The position numbers were made by a program, and so were the translations under genes. The notes under the pieces were generated by a model that did not search any database, was not told the origin of the DNA, and saw only the letters and a program-made list of their open reading frames with translations. From Monocercomonoides exilis PA203 (lineage: Eukaryota; Protista; Preaxostyla), in the NCBI GenBank assembly GCA_001643675.2, contig LSRY02000021.1, forward strand, positions 124,001-188,000: 64,000 nucleotides of DNA. The letters are read 5' to 3'. Of the stretch, positions 46,268 to 56,350 are shown piece after piece. The stretch's first letter is position 1. The number at the start of each line of letters is the position of its first letter.

Positions 46268-47721
46268 ATGAGTGCAGACGCTGAACCTGCGCAAGCAAAC
46301 CCGCTGGAGGGGAGGGGTGCGCCCGAAAAGCAGCTGTTCATGGGGAAGAAGGAGCGGAGGTTTGGCTGATGTTTTTGGCTGTTTCCAGAAGATATTTTTT
46401 CTTTCATTAAAAAACTTTTTTGTTTTCAACTGGAAACGGGTGGTGGGCCATGTTTTGTGGGTGCTTGGGGTATTTGCTTTTTTTGTGGGGGAAGGCGGTC
46501 GTCGAGTGCAAAGGGGCTTTTTGGAGATGGATTGAAGCTGGAGAGCAACGAGGAGGTGATGAAGGTGCTCACAGCTGCAGGTTTGTCGCCAAAAGAAAGG
46601 GACAATGGTGGTGGTGGTGGTAATGATGAATGTGCTTTCTTTATTCTTATTCATTTGAGAGATGTTCTGGCTTTGATTTATTTCCTTTTTTATTTTTTTA
46701 TTTTTTTCACATTTTCCAATAATCGCTTGCCTTGCTCGTTTTTGTGTGTGTCCTCTGTGCGCGCTGGCAGGAGACAGGAAGGTGCTGTTTTCGGACGAGG
46801 TGATGAAGGTGAACAAGCGGCTGAAGACGCAGAAGCGTGTGCTGGCAGTGACCGACCAGGCAGTGTGCAGCATCACGCCTTCGAGTCTGATTGTGAAGCG
46901 GAGGATCCCATTTCAGGTGTTGCGCCACCGGCCTTTCCGCACCTGCTGTGCCTTCACATTTTATGTTTTCTTTGCTTTCTTTGTTTCATTTGTTTTTGTT
47001 TTTGCTTGGCGAACTGTGCGGAAACGAAAGGAGCTTGGGGCAATCAACCTGTCGTGCCTGACCGACAACTTCTTTGCGCTGAGAGTGCCTTCTGAGGTGT
47101 GGGGCATGCAGAGTGAGGGCAATTGACATCTTTTTTTTTCCTGTTTTTGGAGAGGGGTTCGTGAGCAAAGAAGAAAAGGTAGTTTTTGACTTTTCTCATT
47201 CTTTCTCTGTTTTTTGATGGTGGTGGTGCTGCTGGTGGTGGTGGCGGCGGGTGTGCCAGTACGACTATCTGATGGTGTCAGCGCGGAAGACGGAGATTGT
47301 GGTGGTGGTGACAGAAGCATACAAAAAGGCAATTGGCCGCCCGCTGCCTGTGAACTTTGCCAACACGTGTGCTTTGATGGGTGCTTTCTGCTGCTTCTTT
47401 GACTTCATATTTCTTTCTCTTTCTTTCTCTCTTTCTCTCTTTCTCTTTTGTTTTTTGTGGGGCCAGCTTTGAGTATCGGATCGACGAAAAGAAAACGAGG
47501 GAGATTCGCTTTGTGGAAGTTGAAGGTGTGCTGCGAGCAGGAAGAGGAGAAGCAGCAAGAAATGGAAATCAATTTGAAAAAAGAAAATGTTTTTTTTTTT
47601 GATGTTTTTGTTGCTTTTGCATCTGGGCAAGAGTTATGTTTTCGCCTTGTTTTGTTTTCTTGCTGTGCTGGAATTTCGTCTGGCAGGCGGAGTTTCGACA
47701 CAGATATTCACAAAGCAGTGA
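46268..47721 (+). CDS. Stand-alone myosin tail homology 1 (Myosin_TH1) domain protein, 7 exons, no motor domain
   Basis: Exons 46268-46359, 46495-46580, 46771-46916, 47031-47096, 47260-47366, 47467-47525 and 47687-47721 splice in frame. Product: FMGKKERRRSS..FGDGL..GDRKVLFSDEVMKVNKRLKTQKRVLAVTDQA..KRRIPFQELGAINLSCLTDNFFALRVPSEYDYLMVSARKTEIV..FANTFEYR..EIRFVEVEGGVSTQIFTKQ*. Confidence 0.9.
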
Positions 47722-48118
47722 GTGCACAGGAAAAGCCAGTGCGAAAGGGGGTGAAAGAAGCAGAGATTTGAAGGAGGCGTTGGCATTCCACGAGGCAATT
47801 GAAGAGAAAAAGAGGCGGAACAGAAACATTCTGCTGGGCGGAAAGGAACAACAAAACTGGGGCAGCTGGAAAAATCACTTCTTCAAAAAGGCCAGGGTGA
47901 TAATGAATCATTGGAATTTTTTTTTTGTATTTGTTTTCTTCAAGAAAAGGAAAGAATTTTTAGGAGCAAATTTTTTAAAGAAGATTAATTTTTATTATCT
48001 TATGAATTATTCAAATAGATTACAACTAATATTTTGATCATTTTGAAAGTTTTTGAATTTTTTCATGGATGTTTGGGTTTGATCATAGAAAGATCGAATT
48101 GAAGAAAGATTGCTGATA

Positions 48119-50347
48119 ATGAGAGTTACGGTGAGAATTATGCCAACTTCTGAGCGAATTGAAGTCGAATGTGATCCAGAAGATACTATTCATGACTTTG
48201 AACAGAGGATCGAAGCACGCTCTCACATTCCTGTTGAAAGACAAAGATTAATAATGAATGGTCATGTATTACATACCGGAACCCTTGAAGCAAATGGTTT
48301 GCATGAGGGATCTATTGTCCATTGCGTAGAAAGATCTGACAACTCTGGAAGCGCAAGTGCTTCAACGAACTCGTCGGCATCATCAAACCTTCCTTCTCCT
48401 CAGCCTTCTTCGCAGCAACAAACATTTCCTACAGGAGCTGCACATGTTTTTGGATTTCCAATGATTTTTGAAGGTGCTGGAGATCATCCAGAAATGGGAA
48501 TGAACTTTGGACCTTTTAATTTCAGCGGAGCTTTCAATCCACAGAACATGGGACAAATGATGCAAAGCATGGTTGGAAATATAATGAATCAAGTAATGGG
48601 AAACATTACTCCTGATTCATCTCAACAGAACGGTTTTCATACAACAGTAACATCAACACCCATCACCACTACGACAACAACTGTAAACGTTCCGTCAACT
48701 GGATCTAGAGTAGTCACTCAAAGGACAGTCACATCTACGTCTTCCTCTCCGTCTCAGTCAGCTTCGACCGAAACAACAAATCATTCAAGCACCGAAGAAA
48801 GTACTAGTTCAGATGACAAAGAAACAGATGAAAAGAATGAAGAGGAAAATAATGAAAAGGAGGAGACAGAACACGAAAGAGAAATAGAAATTTCAGCTGA
48901 AAGTGAAGATGAGCAAAAAGAAGAAAAAAGCAAAGAAGAAAATATTGATGAAGAGAGCAAAAAGGATGAAGAAAGTTCAGAGGAAAGCAAATCATCACAG
49001 AATCAAGTGAATGAGCAGGCGTCTCATCCTCAAAGTGGTCAACTTCTTGTTCCTCCAAATTTAGAAGCGATTTGTGAACAAGCTTCTGGTGGTTCAGCAT
49101 CATCGTCGTCGTCATCTTCATCATCATCATCATCTGTTCTGTCATTTCCCGCTTCACAAACTGATTCCGCTGTTTCTGCTACTTCATTTCCTGCTTCTGC
49201 TCCCGTGCAGCAAAACGAAGAGGCAGCTCCTTCTTCAATCACGGCTATTCCTGCAATGCCTGTTGAAGCATCGTCAATTCAGCAGCTTCCAACAGCCCAA
49301 TCAAACGCTTTGTCTGAAATGAGTCTTCCTACTGAGCTTGCAGAAAACAACCAAAATGTTCTTCCGCTGTCTCAGCCTCGCTCGCGTCTGCATCGTCATT
49401 CACGTCCACATGCACATTCACATCGGCACACTTGCGATAGTGTCTGCTGCAACTGCCTTGAATCAGTGCTTGCTTCATCGATGTCTTCTCCCTCATCTTT
49501 CGCACAATTTCATCTTTTGCACTCGCTTCTCCAGCCTTCTTTAGCTTCTGTGCCTTCCGCTGTGCAGCAGCCGATGATGGCAGCACAGCAACAAGTATTA
49601 TGTCCGCCAAACATGCAAATGCCATCCATGCAGTCTGCTTTCTCGGCGATAGTTTCACTTGCTCCGCTTGTTCTTTCTCTGATGCTGCATGTTTTATCAA
49701 CTGCGCATTCCAACGCTTTCAACTCTTCACCTCATTATTTTCCATCTTCATTTTCATCCAGATCTGAATGTTGTTGCAGGCATTGCCATCATCATCATCA
49801 TCATACCCCAATTCACCATCACAGGTGCAGTCATCATCGCTGCCACGGAGTCAGCCGCATAGTTCCATGCAACAGCGCCTGCTGCAGCAGCTCCCACCGC
49901 CATTCGCATGGCCATTGCAAGCACCATCACAACAGATGCAGCTGTCACTCTCCTCGATGTCATCGTCATTCTTCATTGGACAATCATCATTCTCAGCGCC
50001 AGTGTGAAGAAGCAAAGATCGATGAAAGCGAAATCTCTTCAACTTCTTCAGACTCAGACTCGGGCTCAGGCTCAGGATCAGATGAAGCACAAATGTCTGT
50101 CTCAGAATCGACATCTTCATCATCTACAACATCTTCTTCAGCTGTGCATCCTTCTCTTTCCTCTGCAGAGACATCAAGCAGCGATTCTCTCTGTGACAGA
50201 AAATCATCGTCACCATCTGTGTCTTGCCTATCTCATCGCACTGAAGCTTCGCATATCAAAAAAAGCGTACGTCACCAAGGGCATCATTCAAAAGTCTCCT
50301 CAAAATCATCATCACACTCTCATTCTCATACAAAGGCAGATAACTAA
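48119..50347 (+). CDS. Ubiquitin-like domain protein (BAG6/ubiquilin-style N-terminal UBL) with Ser-rich and His/Cys-rich tail
   Basis: MRVTVRIMPTSERIEVECDPEDTIHDFEQRIEARSHIPVERQRLIMNGHVL..TLEANGLHEGSIVHCV is a ubiquitin fold. The remainder is low complexity. Confidence 0.8.
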   Translation: MRVTVRIMPTSERIEVECDPEDTIHDFEQRIEARSHIPVERQRLIMNGHVLHTGTLEANGLHEGSIVHCVERSDNSGSASASTNSSASSNLPSPQPSSQQQTFPTGAAHVFGFPMIFEGAGDHPEMGMNFGPFNFSGAFNPQNMGQMMQSMVGNIMNQVMGNITPDSSQQNGFHTTVTSTPITTTTTTVNVPSTGSRVVTQRTVTSTSSSPSQSASTETTNHSSTEESTSSDDKETDEKNEEENNEKEETEHEREIEISAESEDEQKEEKSKEENIDEESKKDEESSEESKSSQNQVNEQASHPQSGQLLVPPNLEAICEQASGGSASSSSSSSSSSSSVLSFPASQTDSAVSATSFPASAPVQQNEEAAPSSITAIPAMPVEASSIQQLPTAQSNALSEMSLPTELAENNQNVLPLSQPRSRLHRHSRPHAHSHRHTCDSVCCNCLESVLASSMSSPSSFAQFHLLHSLLQPSLASVPSAVQQPMMAAQQQVLCPPNMQMPSMQSAFSAIVSLAPLVLSLMLHVLSTAHSNAFNSSPHYFPSSFSSRSECCCRHCHHHHHHTPIHHHRCSHHRCHGVSRIVPCNSACCSSSHRHSHGHCKHHHNRCSCHSPRCHRHSSLDNHHSQRQCEEAKIDESEISSTSSDSDSGSGSGSDEAQMSVSESTSSSSTTSSSAVHPSLSSAETSSSDSLCDRKSSSPSVSCLSHRTEASHIKKSVRHQGHHSKVSSKSSSHSHSHTKADN

Positions 50348-51973
50348 AATCAGTAAAAAAGCAATTTAAATATTTGCGTGACATTTTATATGCAATTTGT
50401 AATATTGCGTGTTGGATTCTATTCTTCAAAAAGTCAGAAACGATGTCACTCAGATGAATGTGTGTTTGCATTTTCGAAGTAAGTATTCAACAATTTGAAT
50501 TTTGTTCTTTATGTATAAATTGAATGTGGAAAAAATTTGATGTTTTTGAAGGGTGCGAAAGTTGCTTTTCTTCTTTGGAATGATGTTTATACGAAGTTTT
50601 ATTAATCAATAAATCAATTAAATTTTTAAAATTTTTGAAATAACTGTCGAATCAGTTAATTACAACTTGGCAGTAATTTTTTATAAGTATTATATTAATT
50701 AATGCAACGGTTAGTTTTAGTTACATGCTCCTGCATTTAATGAAAAATATTTTTTAAGTTGTCTCATTGACAATGATTTTTCAAAAATGATAGATTTTCA
50801 TTCAGTCTAAACGAGCAAATTGCAGAAAATAAAAAATAACCAGAATTGCTTATATCATGGAAAAAATAGGTTGTGTGTGGAAAAGTTGAATTGAATCATT
50901 TTATTAAAATAGAAAAATTCATCAAAAGTCCGATTTTCAAAAATAAAAATTATTTATTTCAAAAAATATACAACACCGCAATAAAAAATTTGTGTATGAA
51001 TAGATGTCATATATGTTAATACACAACTGTGCAAATTTCTGTTAAATAATATTAAATATTTGTTGAGATATTTGAATTTTATATTTTGTCCGGATTAAAA
51101 AAATCACCCTATTTCATCTCTTTGCAATTCTTTTTCATCATTAGTGGATGATGGGAAGCTGTTGATTTTTCCACCTTTATTGTGTCATAATTTCAAATAT
51201 GTTTTCATTACATTTCATCTGGAATCTTCTCCAAATCCAATGAACTGTCTTTTCACTTCTTTAATTTCCTCTTTTTCAGTTTTATCTGTTTGAATTTCAA
51301 TTGAATTTGTTTTTAACTATATTAACTGAAGGAAAAAATAATGTTATATTCTTTAATTTGCATTATGAATCACAGCGCTCATTCCCTTCTCTCCACACTG
51401 CTTTGAAAAGCGAAAGATAAATATTTCTTGTTCGGCTTAATTTAAGAATTCTGAAAATGCGACAAATGTTCAAATATTCATGCGATGCGAGAAAAGAAAT
51501 GTTCGTCCATTGCTTTATCCAGTTTTGTCCATATATGTCCAAATAATTCGAAGTTTTCGAAGAAATAAAAAAGTTTTCTCGTTCTTTGCTAATCTCTTCT
51601 CAACATCTTTTATCAAAGGTTTCACAAATCAATACAAGTTCATTTTCAAAGAAATAAATTTCCCTTTAGATAACTCTTTTATATTATTATTCTAACAAAA
51701 ATATATCTCTGATCATATCGTCCATTATATAAATTATCGAAAGATTAATAATCGTTTTTCTTTGCGCATATTGACAAAAAATGCAATTGACAAAGGGACC
51801 TGTTTGGAGCATTTATATTAAAAAGACTCTATCTTTTTTTGAAATTTACAATTGAATTGTGAATACAATTTTTTGTGTAAATGCAAATAATTTTTTATCT
51901 TATTATTTTTTTTTCTAATATATTCATAGATTTCTTTAACAAATAACATTTCGAGTTTGCATATTAAATACGT

Positions 51974-53323
51974 ATGCTCTGTGAATACGCTTTTTCTTGT
52001 GAAGCATTTATTTCCAAGCTTGATGATTACACCAAAGATGATCAGGAACGGAAAATCCTTGAAATGAGTGAAGTGATCGAAGAGATGAGCTGGGAAGAAT
52101 TAAAAGCTGTACTAACAATTGAAATGCTGGACAGAATAGACGAAATGCTTGAAGAAAAGAAACTTTCTGTGGAAAACGCTGTTTGTTTGATGAAAAAAAT
52201 TGGATATTCCAAAGTTGTGAAAAACTTGTGGAATAATAGCTTTAATGATTCTTTACTGCGCTTCAGATTAGAGAAGTTGATGCTTGATGAAGAGAAGAAA
52301 ATGAGAGAGATGAATGAACAATTTCTTGTTGAAGTTTGCGAATGTTACATTCTGCTTCGCAGCAACTTCATTTCGCAAAAACTGCTCCCTGGATGCACCT
52401 GCAGTCTTCTGAAAGCAGCAATGAACAAAGAAGAAAGCGAAGGAGCGCAAAAAGAAGTGGAGATGGCGCTACTTGCATTGAGTAACATATGTGTGCATCA
52501 AGTGTGATTGAGTTTTCATGATTGTTTTGATCATCAGTTTATTTGCTGCGGCTTGTAACAGCCCATGGCACAAGAGCTATTTATGTACGAGATTTTAGAA
52601 ATCATCGAATATCACCAGGAGCATCACAATCTAACTCGGTTGGGGTATCAGTCTGCTTGGGGGTTTCTTATCAGCAGATTATATACGGAAAGAAGCTTGG
52701 AAACAGTTATTACTTATAAACTGAATTTTGCGAGAGAGGTGGTAAGAGAACTGGAAGAACTTTCAAAACATATCGATTGGAAGAAGAAAGAAGAAGAAAG
52801 AAGAGGAAAAGTAAGGGAGGAAGCGTATATTTTTGTTCGATGGATTTTAACATTGAACAGTTATTTTTGTGGATGTGAAGCGTGGAATGGAGGGCTTGCA
52901 GGGATTGTGAGGAGCATTGTGGGAGCATTTCGAGAAGCGAAGGACAATTACAGAGAAATAAGTGATAGATGCATTTTTCTGTTTGAGAGGATTGCAAACA
53001 TGCAAGCAGTGCAAATTGATGAGCTGCTGAGTGGAGGAGCTGTCGATGTTGTTGTGGAGGAGACAGTCAGTTTGGAAACAATGGATTTGTTGGTTAAGAA
53101 TTATCTATCTTTTTTCAGAGGACTGTGCAGAAGGTTGAAGAATGGGAAGGGAAAACAGGAAGAGGAGGCAACGAGGAAAGAGAATAAAAGAAGAGTTTTC
53201 GAAAAGATGGAGGAAAAAGGATATGATGACTGCATCTTTGGGCTCTTCTTCATCACCGAAAAAAGAATGTTTGGGGAATATTTTTTGATTCAAAATTTGG
53301 AAGATTATTTTATTTTCTGTTGA
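51974..53323 (+). CDS. Lineage-specific helical hypothetical protein family member 2
   Basis: ORFs 51974-52507 and 52565-53323 are joined in frame by a 60-nt intron at 52502-52561. Motifs QKEVEMALLALS, IIEYHQEHHNLTRLGYQSAW and EKMEEKGYDD. Paralogue of 37266-38735. Confidence 0.78.
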
Positions 53324-53771
53324 TTTCTGCATGAAATTATTCACTCAAATATTTGGATAAACGAGTTATTCTGCCTTCAAAAGCTCATTTGTTAATATTT
53401 TCTTTTTCTTTTTTCTTTTCTTTGTTGCTACTAATGCTTCAACTTCTTCTGTTGCTGGAACTGTTATTTTCAGGATCTTTTTTTAAAATAAATTGTATAA
53501 GACATAGTTTCAAAAAAATTAGCTTGAATTGTCAAAAACATAAAAATAAGTCACTGATTGAAGGAGAAACGTTGTAAAAAAATTTGTGTAACAAACAAGA
53601 GAAATAATTAAAATTCTTTTCTGCAATTAAAATTTTTGAAAACATAATCCACAAATAAAGACAAAAAATCTATCCAACAATTATTAAAATGAGACCATAA
53701 ATGTATATAAGCAGAAAATCCACAATAACAGCTTAACATCACAGCTGCTTCTTTCAAATAAATATAAATCA

Positions 53772-56154
53772 TTATTTTTCCTTCCCTTCTGAAACATCAG
53801 ATTCGCTGAATTCCTCTTCGAAATGCTCAGTTTCTGAATCTGTTGTTTCAGATTCAGCGAACACCTTTGGCTGTTTTGTGATGTGTGGAAGGAGGAAAGG
53901 CGCTGTTGTGATGGGCTGTGGAGAGCTGAAAGTGAGTAAGACAGGCGAAATGTAGTCCAAAAGATCGCTTTCACTTTCGGCATCTGTCAGACTCAGGGCG
54001 CCTTCCGAGTCCGAAAGATCGCTCGAAGACAAAGAGGAAAGAGAAGAGGTTGATTGGGGAGTGGAAACAGAAGAAGAAGGAGGAGGAGAAGAAGATGATG
54101 ATGATGACCGCATCTGAAGAGATGGGCTAAGAAGAGAGTGATGCTGCGGAGGGCGAAGTGTGAGTGGATAAGGAAGCAATGCAGTTGCACCATGAGTGCT
54201 CTGCTGTTCGAGACTATCAGCAGCTGCTGAAGTTGGACTAAGTGCATTTGTGAATGCATCTTGTGCATTTCCTCTTTCTGAAGCAGCTTTTATGTCAGCA
54301 TATGGATTTTGAGAAGGATTTTGAGTGGAGGCAAGAGAAGAAGGAGCCGGAGGGTAAGCTGAAGAAGAGAGTGGTTGTGACATTAGAGAAGCACCTGGCA
54401 AAAGAGCTGATTGCATCTTCTGCTTGTTGGCTGCTTCGCTTTGTGCCTTTAGTGCCTCGCGAGCTTCTTTTTCTTCTCTTTCCTTTCTGTCGAGCTTTGC
54501 CTGTTTGCTTTCGACCACTCTGGCGAGATAGAAGCAGCCGCCATACCAAGTGCAGATGAGATAGACAGCAATCAACGCAACCGAATGGAAGAAGTGCGAA
54601 GAATAGAAAAGGAAGCAGGGGATCTGCGTGATGAAGGTGAAGACGAATTGGGACACTACATTTCATTTGTTTTGGTAATGTTGCGGTGAGATTGAATCAA
54701 TTAGAAACAGAAAGAACACAAAAGAATAGAATAAAATCGAACAGATGTTCATTTCATTCAACAAATAAATCATTAAAGGTTTGCAAAAGAAAAACATTTT
54801 TACGGAACATCGGACAAATAAGAAAAATGAAAATAAACAAAATGCAGACATGAGTACATCAATCCTTTGTACAATCTTGACTGAGGGTGAATGTTGTACA
54901 GCTTGTGCAAAAACGTTCCCTATTAAAATAATAATAATAATTATAATCATTCATTGATAGCAATTAAAAGTTAATCGAGTTAACAAAACAAATTCAAAAA
55001 AAAAAATATTTTTAAATAAATAAAATCTAAAACTCTTCTGAAAACATGAAAGTTCGGAACGTTTTGTTGAACACACTGGTTTTAATCTTTTTGTTATCCA
55101 TCTCTCAGAAAAATCGAAGTTCTGATGCTCTTCCAGGTATTGTGCATCGATCACAATCACCTTAATGAAATACGCCGACTGCCACACAAAGTACAGCATC
55201 ATCGACGCTGCAAATGAGGAGAACATCATCGGCTCTGAATAGCACTCCTGATTCGACGAGACCTGATGCCACCTGAACGAATACGTAACCAGCGATGGAA
55301 ATGCATGCAGCACAACAGAGATAATACGGTCAATATCGTGAAATACAAGCGAATTTTTCCATGTTATAATTGCAGCAAGCAGTGGCCCATTTGCCGATAG
55401 ATAGCAGCATTGCCACAAAATTGTTGATGACGGATACACCAGGATGAAAAATACAAATGTCAAATTGGAAAAATAACAATAGTCCAAAAGATAAAAATGC
55501 CACTTCAAATTATAAAATTGTTATTGAAATAATTCATAATCAAATTTCGAAAGTAATGAGTAAAGCATACTCCTCTCGAATGATAATAGAAAAAACGACC
55601 CAATATAAGCTATAAAAAGTCAATTTAAAAATTAAAAAAAGGAAAAACATTAATAAAGAAAAAGGTAATTATAAAAAGACACACAGGCAATAGCAGACAA
55701 ATATAGAAGTATGGGAGATAAAAAGAGTAGCAAAGGAAAATGTACTCGATTAGACACCTATTCACATCAACAAAGAATAAAGAAAGAATATTGAAATGAT
55801 TTGTGCTAAAATTTTTATGAGTTTTTCACATACAAAAGTGAAACAGATAGCAAAAATGACACTTTTTCCGTCCAAGTGATGTGAAATTTGTACAGTTTCT
55901 TCATCGTCTTAAATATCAACAAAATTTATTAGCAAACATGATTCAATAATAAAAATCAAAACCTTTTTACTCGTGAGCTTCCATGCAATTTTCAAACGTT
56001 CAATATCATCCGAAAATTCAATTTTTTCACCATCAGTCAGAGAGTGAGATATATATCGATCTAAAAACTTCCAATGATCGTCATGATGCTTGTGATGCCT
56101 ATCTTTGACACTACTATGGTGTCTGGAATGAGATTTTCTTGGTTTATCTTTCAT
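53772..56154 (-). CDS. GPC1: Glycerophosphocholine acyltransferase (GPC1/GPCAT, DUF2838 family), multi-exon
   Basis: WHFYLLDYCYFSN, ANGPLLAAIITWKNSLVFHDIDRIISVVLHAFP, YFVWQSAYF, QFVFTFITQIP and TWYGGCFY match the DUF2838 signature. Ser-rich C-terminal tail. Start and internal exon limits are approximate. Confidence 0.85.
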
Positions 56155-56350
56155 GATGAAGAAATTGAAGCCAAAATTGATAAACACAAATATGTTATGG
56201 TAATAAAAATAAAAATTCTAAATGAAAGCACATAGCGGTCAGTTCTAATATAAAAAACAAATAATATTTAAAAATTAAGAGAAAACTTAGCTGTCTACGC
56301 AAAAAAAATTAATTTAAAAATTATTTAGCAAAAGAAGTTTTTTCATTTTG

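Noticed and set aside
51100-51700. Possible decayed minus-strand gene
   Set aside because: It has coding-like composition but many stops and no recognisable motif, so it cannot be supported.
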